A stretch of DNA of 64,000 bases. Source: Cyanobacteria bacterium P01_A01_bin.123 (lineage in GTDB: Bacteria; Cyanobacteriota; Cyanobacteriia; Phormidesmidales; Phormidesmidaceae). A program made the translations under genes and the position numbers. Where the stretch lies: positions 128,001 through 192,000 of the forward strand of contig JBCBZT010000002.1 in NCBI GenBank assembly GCA_039815185.1, read 5' to 3'. The notes below the pieces were generated by a model that had not been told where the DNA came from, made no database searches, and saw only the letters and a list, made by a program, of their open reading frames with translations. Positions 8,803 to 19,580 of the stretch are shown here, piece by piece; within the stretch, counting starts at the first letter, position 1; each line of letters begins with the position of its first letter.

Positions 8803-11800
8803 ATGACGCATAGTGGCTCGCTTAAATCGCTCAGGCTTCCTCCTCTGAAGCTCGTCAGTACCGCATCTGTTCGACAGGCTGTGAAAGCAATGCATCAGCA
8901 AAAAGCGTCTGCTGTGTCAGTCATGGATGAGTTAGGACCCCAGGCGACGTTAGTGGGCCTATTTCATCAGTCAGGCTTGATTGAATTGGTTGCAACTCAA
9001 GCCAATTTGGATGAATTGACCCTGGCAGAGGTCATGGTGCCCCCGGAGTCTGGGCTACAAACTGAGGCTCAACCAACCGCAATGGCCGTCCAGAGCCAGG
9101 CCTTATCACAGGCAAATGCCCAGGTTGCTGCCATCGATCCAGCCAACTCTTTGCAGCAAGTCACGTCACAAATGCCGGGGTTGCTCGAAGCGATCGCCGA
9201 CGTGATTTTAGTGTTGAACAGCGAAGGTCGCTACTTGTCGATTGGGCCAAGCCCAGAAGATAAGCTCTATCGCCCCCCCCAGGAGCTTTTGGGGCAAACC
9301 CTCGAGGATATCTTTCCCGCCCCACAAGCCGCACAGTTTTTGCGTTGTATTCGAGCAACTTTGGAGACGCGATCGCTCAAAAGATTAGAATATGCTCTTA
9401 AAATTGCGGATCGAACCTACTGGTTTGATGCACTTTTTTCGCCTATTTCAACCGATGCGGTGGTCTGTGTTGCCCGCGATGTCACTCCCTACAAGCATAT
9501 GGAGACTCGGCTACACCTCAACCAAGAACGCTGGGAACTCATTAGTAAAGGCACCCAAGACGGCATATTTGATGTAGATCTGCTCACCGGGGAAGCGTTT
9601 TTTTCTAAGCGTTACAAAGAGATTTTTGGTTACGCCGATCATGACCTGGCCAGTGATCATCAAGAATGGATGAGCCGCATCCACCCCGATGACTTGGAGC
9701 GGGTGATGGCCGCCTATCAAGGTTACTTAAACCGTCAGCTCCCCACCTATGCCGTTGAGTATCGCCTACGCACTAAACAGGGGCATTATCAATGGGTGCT
9801 GACTCGGGGGCAAGCCCTTTGGGATGAGCAGGGCAACCCTATCCGGTTAGCTGGGGTTAATTCAGACATCAGCGATCGCAAACAGCTACAAGCCGACCGC
9901 GATCGCTTTTTTACCTTAGCTGCTGACATGCTGGGCATTTATGACTTCAGCGGCAACTTCAAACGGGTGAATCCAGCCTTTAAAGAAATTCTTGGTTTCT
10001 CAGAAACAGAACTCTTAGCGCACCCGATTGAGCATTTTCTCCATCCAGATGATCTTCAGCTAGCCGCAGAACATCAACGCCACTTATGGCGGGGGGATTC
10101 GTTGCCCCACCATGAAAACCGCTGGCGGTGCGCTGACGGTAGCTATAAATGGATTGCCTGGACCCTAGTGCCGTTTGTCGAAGAACGCCTGATTTATGCC
10201 ACCGGAAGAGACATTACCCAACGCAAACAGGCTCAAGCTGATTTACAAAACCAGCAGGCTTTTCTCACCCAAGTGGTGAATACGATTCCCAGCAGCGTAT
10301 TTGTTAAAGACGCCAAGGGTCAATTCTTGCTGGCCAATAATGCAGCAGCTGAACTCTATGGCACCACCCTTGATCAATTAGTCGGTAAATCAGATACTGA
10401 CTTTCTGGGAAATGCCGGCTTTATGCAAGATCTCTTGGCGGTCAATCGTCAAGTCATGAACTCCCATAAAGCCTTTGTGGATACAGATCAGCCTTTTTGG
10501 TTACCCAATGGCGAAAAGCGCTGGTTTCACACCACAATCAAACCGTTTATCCAAGCCGATGGTAAAGTGCATGGCGTGATTGGCCACTGTATTGATGTCA
10601 GCGATCGCAAAGAAATTGAAATCGAACTCCAGCAGGCTAAAGAAATCGCGGAAGCGGCAAATCAAGCGAAAAGTGAATTTCTCGCGACCATGAGCCACGA
10701 AATTCGGACGCCGATGAATGCCGTGGTTGGCATGACGGGGCTCCTGATGGGTACAACGCTCACCGCTGAACAACGAGAATCTGTCGAAATCATTCGCCAC
10801 AGTAGCGACAATTTACTGCTGATTATCAACGACATTCTCGATTTATCCAAAATTGAGTCTGGCAAGTTAGAACTCGAACAACACCCTTTTGATCTCCGTA
10901 CCTGTGTTGAAGAATCCATTGATCTAATTGCGTCTGAGGCTGTTCGTAAGGGGCTGGAGTTGGCCTACTTTATCGACCCTGATTTGCCTGAACGGTTTAT
11001 CGGTGATGCGGGTCGGTTGCGTCAGATTTTAGTGAATTTGCTCAGTAACAGCGTCAAATTCACTGAAGACGGTGAGATCGAAATCAGGGTTATGGGGATG
11101 CCGATTGCAGCGGTTCCAGAGCCGCAAGCACAGCTATCCCTAGAGTCTCCAGGACAACCCACGACGGGTTTAGCCTATGAGCTGACAGTTGCTGTCCGAG
11201 ATACAGGCATTGGGATTGCTCCCGATCAGATTGCCACGCTGTTTCAACCCTTTAACCAAATCGATGCCTCTATCACCCGCAAGTATGGCGGCACCGGCCT
11301 AGGGTTAGTGATTAGCCAACGGCTGAGCGCCATGATGCAGGGCCGTATGTGGGTGAATAGTTTGGTCGATGAAGGGTCAACTTTCTACTTTACGACAGTC
11401 ATTTACCCGCTTGAAAAGCAACCAAACCCCTCTCCCGATGAGCTTTGTGGGAAATGTGTGCTGGTCGTGGGCGAGACGATAGGGCACCGGCAAATCATTC
11501 AGCAACTAGAATCGTTGGGGCTTCAAACCGTACAGGCCAACACGGCAAACGCGGCATTAGCAGCCTTACCCCCTGCCCCGGCTTTCCCGCCAGCCATTCA
11601 GGCAGTACTGCTCGATGCTCTGCATCCGTCTGAATTTGAGGCTGGCTCCCCCCTCAGTTGTTTATTGAATCGAATTCAGCAGCTGCCATTGATTTTTCTC
11701 AAATCGACCCCCGCCGTTGCCGACCCCCAAACCGTTGCCAGCGTTAGTCATGCCCTGTGTTTGGTGAAGCCCATTAAACAATCACAGCTCCGTAGCGTAT

Positions 11801-12249
11801 TGCAGCAGCTACTCAATCAGCCTGTGCCTAGCCTCCCGGTGGAGACAGCTCCAGAAACCCCCCTTTTAGCCCAACAGTTGCCCCTGAGAATTCTGATTGC
11901 TGAAGACAACTCAATTAATCAAAAAGTAGTGTTGCGACTGATTGAACGTTTAGGCTATCGAGCCGACATCGTCGCCAATGGCTTAGAAGCGCTTGAAGCC
12001 TTGCACCGTCAGCCTTACGATGTGGTGTTGATGGATGTACAAATGCCAGAAATGGATGGTCTGAGCGCCACGCGAAGAATTCGCCAAGTCTTCTCTCCCC
12101 GAGAACAACCCCGCATTATTGCCATGACAGCCAATGCGACCCAGGTCGATCGCCAAGCTTGTCTGACAGCGGGCATGGACGAGTATATGGCTAAACCGGT
12201 TCGCCTCTCGCGCCTGGAACAAGTCTTAAGCGAATGCCATCCTCAATAA
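8803..12249 (+). CDS. Hybrid sensor histidine kinase (CBS-like, about 4 PAS, HisKA, HATPase, degenerate REC, REC)
   Basis: Repeated PAS/PAC ends (DVT, DISDRK, DITQRK); H-box MSHEIRTPMN; N/G boxes; LMDVQMPEMDG receiver. Confidence 0.93.
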   Translation: MTHSGSLKSLRLPPLKLVSTASVRQAVKAMHQQKASAVSVMDELGPQATLVGLFHQSGLIELVATQANLDELTLAEVMVPPESGLQTEAQPTAMAVQSQALSQANAQVAAIDPANSLQQVTSQMPGLLEAIADVILVLNSEGRYLSIGPSPEDKLYRPPQELLGQTLEDIFPAPQAAQFLRCIRATLETRSLKRLEYALKIADRTYWFDALFSPISTDAVVCVARDVTPYKHMETRLHLNQERWELISKGTQDGIFDVDLLTGEAFFSKRYKEIFGYADHDLASDHQEWMSRIHPDDLERVMAAYQGYLNRQLPTYAVEYRLRTKQGHYQWVLTRGQALWDEQGNPIRLAGVNSDISDRKQLQADRDRFFTLAADMLGIYDFSGNFKRVNPAFKEILGFSETELLAHPIEHFLHPDDLQLAAEHQRHLWRGDSLPHHENRWRCADGSYKWIAWTLVPFVEERLIYATGRDITQRKQAQADLQNQQAFLTQVVNTIPSSVFVKDAKGQFLLANNAAAELYGTTLDQLVGKSDTDFLGNAGFMQDLLAVNRQVMNSHKAFVDTDQPFWLPNGEKRWFHTTIKPFIQADGKVHGVIGHCIDVSDRKEIEIELQQAKEIAEAANQAKSEFLATMSHEIRTPMNAVVGMTGLLMGTTLTAEQRESVEIIRHSSDNLLLIINDILDLSKIESGKLELEQHPFDLRTCVEESIDLIASEAVRKGLELAYFIDPDLPERFIGDAGRLRQILVNLLSNSVKFTEDGEIEIRVMGMPIAAVPEPQAQLSLESPGQPTTGLAYELTVAVRDTGIGIAPDQIATLFQPFNQIDASITRKYGGTGLGLVISQRLSAMMQGRMWVNSLVDEGSTFYFTTVIYPLEKQPNPSPDELCGKCVLVVGETIGHRQIIQQLESLGLQTVQANTANAALAALPPAPAFPPAIQAVLLDALHPSEFEAGSPLSCLLNRIQQLPLIFLKSTPAVADPQTVASVSHALCLVKPIKQSQLRSVLQQLLNQPVPSLPVETAPETPLLAQQLPLRILIAEDNSINQKVVLRLIERLGYRADIVANGLEALEALHRQPYDVVLMDVQMPEMDGLSATRRIRQVFSPREQPRIIAMTANATQVDRQACLTAGMDEYMAKPVRLSRLEQVLSECHPQ

Positions 12250-12625
12250 CAGGTTTAGAACTCATAAAGCGAACCTTAAGAATGCCTGCTGTTTATGCCT
12301 TATCGATCGAAAATAAAAAGCTCAAGGGCAAACTCATAGGAGTGTAAATTTTTAGAGAAACGGAAGTTCTGTTGGTTTCAGCTTTCTAAGGCTTGAGTTA
12401 GGTTGTGACTTCATGGATAGATATGTCAGCTTCAGCAGAGTCAAAAGAGGTTCCTTTAATGCCACATAAGACGATTCGCTGGTGGGTAATTTCCATACTC
12501 CAGTTGACGCTCCTCTGCATCTCTCCACTGATGCTTGATCTCTTCTCCCGCTTACCTTAGGGGGTCGATCAATCCGATCAGAGATTAACGGTTTCTTGAT
12601 AACGCCCTTCAAAAAGGTCAAAAGC

Positions 12626-15166
12626 TCAATTCATTGTGGTACCTCCCATTAGCTTCCGATAGCGGCGCTTGAGTTCCGCTTTAAGCAGCGGCCAACGCTC
12701 AATCGTTTCATCCTCTGCGATCGCACCCTCTGCCGCTTCTCTGGCTAATTCCAACACCGCTTGGTCTTCCACCAAACTCGCCAAAGCAAAATCCGGTAGT
12801 CCAGACTGACGCGTCCCCAACACTTGTCCTGGCCCGCGAAATCGCATATCCATTTCTGAGATAAAGAAGCCGTCTTGAGACTGCTCCAACACTTTTAACC
12901 GTTGCAGCGCAGGGTCGCTGCGGCTACTGCTCATCAGTAGGCAATAGGAATGATCAGCCCCTCGCCCCACGCGACCCCGCAGTTGGTGCAGCTGCGATAG
13001 CCCAAACCGCTCAGCGTGCTCAATCATCATGACGGAGGCGTTGGGCACGTCAACCCCAACCTCAACCACCGTGGTTGAGACTAGAATTTGCGTCTCTTGG
13101 TCGCGGAATTGACTAATGGCTGCGTCTTTATCAGCGGACGTCATCCGACCGTGCAACAGCCCCACCTTAAATTCGGGAAATACACTTTCTTGCAGGTGGC
13201 CATGTTCTTCAATCGCTGATTTCAGATCGAGCTGTTCCGATTCTTCTACTAGAGGCAAGACAATGTAGGTTTGCCGACCCTGAGCAATTTCTCGTCGAAT
13301 CAAATCATAGGCATGGGCGCGCTCGCGCCCGCTCAATAATGTCGTTTGAATCGGTTTACGTCCAGGAGGCAGCTCATCGATTTGGCTGACATCTAAATCC
13401 CCGTGTAACGTCAGTGCTAGGGTGCGAGGGATAGGCGTGGCCGTTAGCGTCAGTAAATGAGGATTGTCGCCCTTGCGCTGAAGTCGGGCCCGCTGCTGCA
13501 CCCCAAAGCGATGTTGTTCATCAATGGCGACCAGCCCTAACTTGTGGAACTGTACCGGATCTTCAATTAAGGCATGGGTACCCACCAGTAGCGGTAACTC
13601 CCCAGTCGCCAATTGAGACAAAAGCTCACGTCGCTTAGCTGTGCGGGTTGACCCGGTCAATAATTCAACAGGTAGATGCAGCAGATTAAACCAACTCACC
13701 AACTTGCGGTAATGCTGTTCTGCCAAGACTTCAGTCGGGGCCATCAGCGCCCCCTGATACCCAGCCTGAATGGCGGCTAAAATTGCCACCACCGCCACCA
13801 CCGTTTTCCCAGACCCCACGTCTCCTTGAACTAGGCGATTCATAGGGGTGTTTTTTTGCAAATCCTGCAAAATATCTTCAACGACGCGCTGCTGAGCACC
13901 AGTCAGTTCAAAGGGCAGTACCCGATAAAACTGATCGATTAATTCTCCCTGAGACTCCAATATGATCTCGGTGCGGTCTTGCTGCTGTTGTTTTCGCCGT
14001 TGCAGTAGCCCTAGTTGGAGGTAAAAGAATTCATCAAATACCAGGCGACGGCGGGCGTGAGACAGCGCTTCACTGTCGGGGGGAAAGTGGATATGGGCGA
14101 TCGCGACGGGCAACTTAATCAAGGTATACCGATCGCGAATGTCGGCAGGTAAGGGATCGCGCAGTTTTACCGCCGCAGGCAGAGCTTCAACAACCGCCCG
14201 CCGCACCACATCCGCGCTGACACCCTCGGTAAGGGGATAAATCGGCACCACCCGCCCGACTTTGAGCGAATCAATTTCACTGTGGGGGCTGGAGATCAGC
14301 TCAATTTGGGGATCATCCAAAGACAGGCCATATTTGGTTTGTTTTACCAGTCCAGAGGCAGCTACCGTTGCCCCTGAAGGATACAGCCGCTTTTGCCGTT
14401 CTTGCCAGCCGCGATTGCGCCAGCGGGTGCCGGCAAAAAAACGGCTGAGTTTGAGTTGGCCGCTACTATCTCGAATCTGCAGCTCGAAAATCGTTAGTTT
14501 GGGGTTGCGGGGGCTGCTAAAGCAATTTGCCCGTTTCACCGTGCCCAAAATGGTGACGGTTTCCCCAGCCTCTAAATCCCGAATTTTGACCTGGCGGGCA
14601 TAGTCTAAATAGTCGCGAGGATAGTAGTAGAGCACATCTTCGGCGGTCAATAGCCCCAACTTCGCTAACCGCTCACTGTTTTTTGGACCGACGCCCTTGA
14701 GGAACGTGACGGCCTGATCCAAATCGGGCATCCGTTGTCCAGATGTTTTTGCGATCGCGTCAATGGCCTTGACTGGGGGCCGCCGATTGTAGCTATATGG
14801 GCCGGATTGCACAGTCTCATTGGAGGTTGTTGAGGGCTGGGTAAAGTCAAGTTCTCCCTGGGGGTTCTCAGCCTTTTCTATGGCGAGGCGGGTTTGATAC
14901 AAACAACGGCGGGTATCGGCCACCAAGTGCTGTCGCTGGGCAAAGGAGAGGGTGCTATAGCTACCAAACTGATTGGCCAATGTGTGCCATTTGTCTTGCT
15001 CTGACGTTGACAGGTTAACTGGGGGTTGCCCTAGGCGATCGCGCAAAAATTCGCTAAAGCGCTGGTAATGACCCACCAAATCATTAAAGCCCCGGTCTGC
15101 CTCAACCCGCAGCGCTTTTTGCAACCGTTCCCAGTCATGAAAATCCTGATTTGGTGCACTAGTCAT
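12626..15166 (-). CDS. recG: ATP-dependent DNA helicase RecG
   Basis: QGDVGSGKT, DEQHRFG, TATPIPRT, QLRGRVGRG motifs. Confidence 0.97.
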   Translation of the reverse strand: MTSAPNQDFHDWERLQKALRVEADRGFNDLVGHYQRFSEFLRDRLGQPPVNLSTSEQDKWHTLANQFGSYSTLSFAQRQHLVADTRRCLYQTRLAIEKAENPQGELDFTQPSTTSNETVQSGPYSYNRRPPVKAIDAIAKTSGQRMPDLDQAVTFLKGVGPKNSERLAKLGLLTAEDVLYYYPRDYLDYARQVKIRDLEAGETVTILGTVKRANCFSSPRNPKLTIFELQIRDSSGQLKLSRFFAGTRWRNRGWQERQKRLYPSGATVAASGLVKQTKYGLSLDDPQIELISSPHSEIDSLKVGRVVPIYPLTEGVSADVVRRAVVEALPAAVKLRDPLPADIRDRYTLIKLPVAIAHIHFPPDSEALSHARRRLVFDEFFYLQLGLLQRRKQQQQDRTEIILESQGELIDQFYRVLPFELTGAQQRVVEDILQDLQKNTPMNRLVQGDVGSGKTVVAVVAILAAIQAGYQGALMAPTEVLAEQHYRKLVSWFNLLHLPVELLTGSTRTAKRRELLSQLATGELPLLVGTHALIEDPVQFHKLGLVAIDEQHRFGVQQRARLQRKGDNPHLLTLTATPIPRTLALTLHGDLDVSQIDELPPGRKPIQTTLLSGRERAHAYDLIRREIAQGRQTYIVLPLVEESEQLDLKSAIEEHGHLQESVFPEFKVGLLHGRMTSADKDAAISQFRDQETQILVSTTVVEVGVDVPNASVMMIEHAERFGLSQLHQLRGRVGRGADHSYCLLMSSSRSDPALQRLKVLEQSQDGFFISEMDMRFRGPGQVLGTRQSGLPDFALASLVEDQAVLELAREAAEGAIAEDETIERWPLLKAELKRRYRKLMGGTTMN

Positions 15167-15228
15167 CGTCCATCTGAGCGGCGGAAACGTAATTGAGTCT
15201 AATTCCTCTGACCTGTAACTAACTGATA

Positions 15229-16551
15229 TTAGTCTTCATACCAGCTGGAACGCCAGGCGGTTTCTGCCTCTGCGATCGCCCGGTCGCGCTGTTTCTTTTG
15301 ATATTGCTGACCGAGTCGCTTCAATCGCCCCAGCTGTTCACGAATTTTAGTCCGCCACAGCGAGACTTTCGTATCCACAAACTCAATTTCGCTCAAGCGG
15401 AGGTTTAATGCGACTAAATGGGTCATCGAAGCCGGATCAGGCATGTCATCTTCGCGGGTAACCCCATTTTTACCGCCGATGTCGTCACCGTCTATTTCGT
15501 CGTCACCGCCGATATCGTCACCGTCTATCTCATCATCGTCATCCTCGCTGGGCATTTCAACAAAGACATTGAGCAGATTAGGCGTTTGAGGTGGGCTGTC
15601 ATTAGCCGCTTCGGCTTCTGCCGCTGCGGCCAGCAGCGGTTCGGGCAAATCGGGTAAAATCTCAGCCCGCTTGAGCATTTGGTTCGCTTCTTGGGACAGG
15701 GCTCGTATCCGGCCACGCAACTGATGCTCTAAGCGCATTTGTTGCTGGGCGAGTACCATCGGCGATCGCGGCCCAGTTTGCTCCGAGAGATTTGATTCAG
15801 CCTCCGCTGTCGCCTGTTCTGTGGGAACCATCCGCTGCATGAACTCAGCAATTTCCTGAGCGCTTTCTAGGGTTTCAGGGTCTGCGTTTTGAGGGTTGGA
15901 ATTTTGAGTGTCGAGCTCATCTGTGCTCGGCTCTCCATCGCTTAAATTATCGCTATCATCGTCCCCACTGACAGGGATTAAGGGAAGCTCCAGCATGTCC
16001 GACTCTGCTTTATCGTCTGCAGCCGAACGTTCAGGCGGACTAGAGCGCTCCTGGGGTGGTAGGTCTGACTCTATATCGGTCTCGGCAATGGCAGTATCGT
16101 CACTTGCTAAGGCTTGATCTGAGTCTGACTCTAGCGTTTGGAATGGTTCCGATTCACGCTCTTCTATGCGTGCTTTCACGGCGGCGGCAAGTTCTGCAAT
16201 TAAGCGCGGCGTCAATTCACCAGCGGTAATTAACTGACCTTGAGCACTCAAAATAGGCGGACTTTCACGCAAGCACTTTAACTGCTTTTGCAAGTCGTCC
16301 TGCGCTTGCTTACCCAACTTTCGCAAGGTTTGCTGGAGTTTCTGACGACGGCTAAACGAGAGGGCTAAAAATCGATCGGGATAGGCTTGCGTACACAAGT
16401 GATAACTTGCCATAATCAATTGCTGCTGCACAGATCGCCCCAGGGCTTCTAGGTATTGGCCATAGAGTTTTTCGAGATCTTCAGCTAATTGCGCTGTTGC
16501 CCCTTCTAAGGCAGCGATTTCCCGTTCAATTTGTCCGAGCACACCAGCCAT
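15229..16551 (-). CDS. Conserved cyanobacterial hypothetical coiled-coil protein with acidic linker
   Basis: 440-aa ORF; YHLCTQAYPDRFL and LRLSEIEF...AETAWRSSW conserved-looking ends. Confidence 0.75.
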   Translation of the reverse strand: MAGVLGQIEREIAALEGATAQLAEDLEKLYGQYLEALGRSVQQQLIMASYHLCTQAYPDRFLALSFSRRQKLQQTLRKLGKQAQDDLQKQLKCLRESPPILSAQGQLITAGELTPRLIAELAAAVKARIEERESEPFQTLESDSDQALASDDTAIAETDIESDLPPQERSSPPERSAADDKAESDMLELPLIPVSGDDDSDNLSDGEPSTDELDTQNSNPQNADPETLESAQEIAEFMQRMVPTEQATAEAESNLSEQTGPRSPMVLAQQQMRLEHQLRGRIRALSQEANQMLKRAEILPDLPEPLLAAAAEAEAANDSPPQTPNLLNVFVEMPSEDDDDEIDGDDIGGDDEIDGDDIGGKNGVTREDDMPDPASMTHLVALNLRLSEIEFVDTKVSLWRTKIREQLGRLKRLGQQYQKKQRDRAIAEAETAWRSSWYED

Positions 16552-16657
16552 AGCATCTTAATCAATCACGTTATCGAAACCTGTGGCCCTTTTCGAACAG
16601 CCGTCTCCCAGTCCAGCGCTGCCGCATCTAAATTAGCAGTATCCACTGGGCTTGGGT

Positions 16658-16694
16658 AAAAAAAAAGCAGGTAACCCTCCCAGGTTAACCTGCT
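16658..16694 (-). terminator. Intrinsic terminator downstream of the HpsJ-family gene
   Basis: GCAGGTAACC/GGTTAACCTGC stem followed on the minus strand by a T9 run. Confidence 0.7.
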
Positions 16695-16743
16695 CTGCCA
16701 CCCGTGGCATTGATTGCCAGGGTGTCAATTTAACCCTTGAGCA

Positions 16744-17508
16744 TCACCCTGCAAACAAGAGCCGACGCAGCCCTGTCCAGCCGATAACAATGTAACCAAG
16801 GGCCAACAGTGCGCTGCTGATTGCCACGCGAATTCCTGACTTCAAGGCTTCTTGCCTAATTTGCTGTTCGGCTTCTTCGCGGCGACTACCGATTTGGGTT
16901 TGAGCTTGCTGTCTAGCTTGGCCCAACTGATCTTCTAGGAATTGATCGAGGGCGGCGGGGTCGTCTTGAAACTGCTCCAAGACGCCCAACTGTTCTGGCG
17001 CAATTTGACCGCTCTGGATAGCTTGCTGGAGTTGATCCTCATTTTGCAGCAAGGCGCCCAGTTGGTCGCGCTGTTGAGAAAAGCGCTCCTCAAGCTGCGT
17101 GGATGCTTCGTCAGCCTGGGTATCGATTTGGCCAATAGCTTGCTGGCTGGTAATCCGCACATTGTTGGGATGCAACACCGTTAACGTCAAAAACATCAAC
17201 CCCAACAAACTGGCTAATACACAAGCCCAGAAGCGTGAATCTATGAACAAGCTCCGTGATCTAGAGCCCAATCCTAGGTTGCTTTCAATCCAACCGCCAG
17301 CAAACAACAGGGCAATGCCCACTAAAGGCACAATACCCCGATCGACCAGTTGGGTCGTGGTTGCTAACTGCCACTGAGTATTGAGGAATTGAGGTGGAAA
17401 AAGCAAAACCAAATAGTCAATGATCGAGGCCAAGATGGTAATCTTCCCAACCAGCTTGAGGGAAATTACGGCCAAGGGAGAAACAGCAGGAGGATTTGCA
17501 GAGCTCAT
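16744..17508 (-). CDS. HpsJ-family membrane protein
   Basis: QWQ...QLVDRGIVPLVG motif, 3 N-terminal TMs, Gln-rich coiled region, C-terminal TM with IGWTG. Confidence 0.8.
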   Translation of the reverse strand: MSSANPPAVSPLAVISLKLVGKITILASIIDYLVLLFPPQFLNTQWQLATTTQLVDRGIVPLVGIALLFAGGWIESNLGLGSRSRSLFIDSRFWACVLASLLGLMFLTLTVLHPNNVRITSQQAIGQIDTQADEASTQLEERFSQQRDQLGALLQNEDQLQQAIQSGQIAPEQLGVLEQFQDDPAALDQFLEDQLGQARQQAQTQIGSRREEAEQQIRQEALKSGIRVAISSALLALGYIVIGWTGLRRLLFAG

Positions 17509-17770
17509 AGATTCAGCGAAGGACTACAGTTAATCATTTTGCCCCTATGTCTGTGAAAATCCTCACATTTTCCAAAAGAATCTGTGACATGAGACGATTG
17601 ACCAATCCGTAAAGTCTATTAAAAAGTCCTGGGCGTTGCTTAGATATGCGCTACGCTCCACCCATATATAGGCTTTAGCCAAGTCCAGACTTGGAGTTGT
17701 TTCTGTGGGGAAACTCCAGACCCGAGCTGGACTGGGTTGAAAGAATCGATTGCGTTTCTGAGCGATACTG

Positions 17771-18514
17771 ATGCAGCGAACTATTGAAGTTTTAGCGGAT
17801 AAAGCAGCCCTGGTTGAGCGGGGACTTGCCGTGGTAGTCGAAAAAATCGAACAGGCGATCGCCCAAAGGGGCCGTTGTACTCTGGTTTTGGCAGGTGGGA
17901 GTACCCCTAAGCCTCTATATGAAGCACTGGCCCAGCAGGATCTACCCTGGGATAAGTTATTCATTTTTTGGGGAGACGAGCGCTATGTGCCAGTGGATCA
18001 TCCCGATAGCAATGCCGGAATGGCCAAAGCAGCTTGGCTTGATCGAGTTCCGATCCCCCCGGAGCAAATCTTCCCAATGCTGACTAACGTTGCTGACCCA
18101 GCGATCGCTGCCCAACAATACGAAGCAACCCTGACCCAGTGTTTTGCAACTTCTGAGGGGGCATGGCCGCGATTTGATGTCATTCTCTTAGGCATTGGGG
18201 ACGATGCCCATACGGCTTCTTTATTTCCGGGGACAGCGGCATTAACGGTTAGCGATCGCCAGGTGACCGTTGGCGATAAAGCAGGACAGCCCCGGATTAC
18301 ATTGACAGCCCCTCTGATTAATCAAGCCCGCGCGGTTGTTTTTCTGGTAGCTGGGGCAAATAAGCAGACGGCGCTGGCTCATATTTTTGCCGATCATGAC
18401 GATAACCAGCGCTACCCTGCTCGGTTGATTCGTCCTGATGATGGCGAATTATGGTGGCTATTAGATCAGGAAGCTGGCAGCGGTATGGCGGCATCAACCC
18501 TATCGGATAATTAA
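17771..18514 (+). CDS. pgl: 6-phosphogluconolactonase
   Basis: LAGGSTP, FWGDERYV, LGIGDDAHTASLFP, RITLT motifs. Confidence 0.95.
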   Translation: MQRTIEVLADKAALVERGLAVVVEKIEQAIAQRGRCTLVLAGGSTPKPLYEALAQQDLPWDKLFIFWGDERYVPVDHPDSNAGMAKAAWLDRVPIPPEQIFPMLTNVADPAIAAQQYEATLTQCFATSEGAWPRFDVILLGIGDDAHTASLFPGTAALTVSDRQVTVGDKAGQPRITLTAPLINQARAVVFLVAGANKQTALAHIFADHDDNQRYPARLIRPDDGELWWLLDQEAGSGMAASTLSDN

Positions 18515-18678
18515 GGCCACTTAATTAAAGCCGCATTAAAGCCGCTTAACCAAGGCCGGTTCACTAAAACTGGCCCAGACTTTTGGATCTTGGGGATTCT
18601 GCGTATTAAAATCTCCAATAAAGAATAGTTGTAAAAAATAAACGTTGCCTTGATACAGTCAAACCCGCACTCTTCTAT

Positions 18679-18720
18679 GATGTTTGGAGTCTAGAGAAGG
18701 ATGTTTGGAGTCTAGAGAAG
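18679..18720. repeat. Perfect 21-bp tandem duplication
   Basis: GATGTTTGGAGTCTAGAGAAG x2, just upstream of the ATG at 18726. Confidence 0.9.
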
Positions 18721-18725
18721 CACCC

Positions 18726-19580
18726 ATGATTGTCTGCCCTAATTGCAGCCACCAAAACCCAGATGGCGCAGCCCAATGCGAAGCTTGTTACACGCCACTG
18801 CCTACCATGGCAAGCTGTCCTAGCTGTGGCGCTTCGGTGCAGTCAGATGCGAGCTTTTGTGGTCAGTGTGGGTTTGACTTAAGGGCGGTGTCTCCAACCC
18901 CAACCCCTTCAACACCGCCATTATCTGAAGCCTCTTCAGAGACGGCTAAGACTGCGCCTGCCGGGACAGGGATGGCGGCATCTGCAGCTGAAACACCTGA
19001 ATTAGAGATTCCTGAATTATTCCCACCAGAGCCACTAGTACCTCCTGATCCCATTGAACTGAGCGTTTCTTCCCCACCCTCCGTTGAGGCAGACCCCGAA
19101 TCTGCAGCCGAATCTGAGGCAGATCTAGCTGAAGCGATCGCCCCCCCGGTAAATGTGCCGCCGCCCTCACCGGCTGCTGCAATACCCCCTCCTCCAGCAG
19201 CAGCAACGCCTATCGTGCCGCCAGCAGTGCCGGATAGTGCCACTCAAATCCAGGTGAATTCGGCAAAACTGTTCCACATCCAAACCAATACCACTATCGA
19301 ATTGCCCTCGGATCTGCCTATAATTCACATTGGGAAGCCCAATGATCGCATTCCCCCTGTGGTTGATGTATCAGGGTTTCCAGATTCTGAAATTGTCTCG
19401 CGTATTCATGCTGGCATTAGGGTTGAGGGGGACGTCTACTATATTGAGGATGTGGGTAGCTCCAATGGCACTTACATCAACAATATGCCGTTATCCTTTG
19501 GAAATCGTCATCGTTTAAGACCCGGCGATCGCATTGCACTGGGCAAAGGAGATAAAGTTAGCTTTCTGTTTCAAACTTGA
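18726..19580 (+). CDS. Double zinc-ribbon + FHA domain protein
   Basis: Four CxxC pairs, Pro-rich linker, FHA motifs IGK, SRIHA, D.GSSNGT. Confidence 0.9.
   Translation: MIVCPNCSHQNPDGAAQCEACYTPLPTMASCPSCGASVQSDASFCGQCGFDLRAVSPTPTPSTPPLSEASSETAKTAPAGTGMAASAAETPELEIPELFPPEPLVPPDPIELSVSSPPSVEADPESAAESEADLAEAIAPPVNVPPPSPAAAIPPPPAAATPIVPPAVPDSATQIQVNSAKLFHIQTNTTIELPSDLPIIHIGKPNDRIPPVVDVSGFPDSEIVSRIHAGIRVEGDVYYIEDVGSSNGTYINNMPLSFGNRHRLRPGDRIALGKGDKVSFLFQT

Noticed and set aside
12352..12621. 89-aa ORF after recG
   Set aside because: TTG start and no recognisable features; cannot be supported
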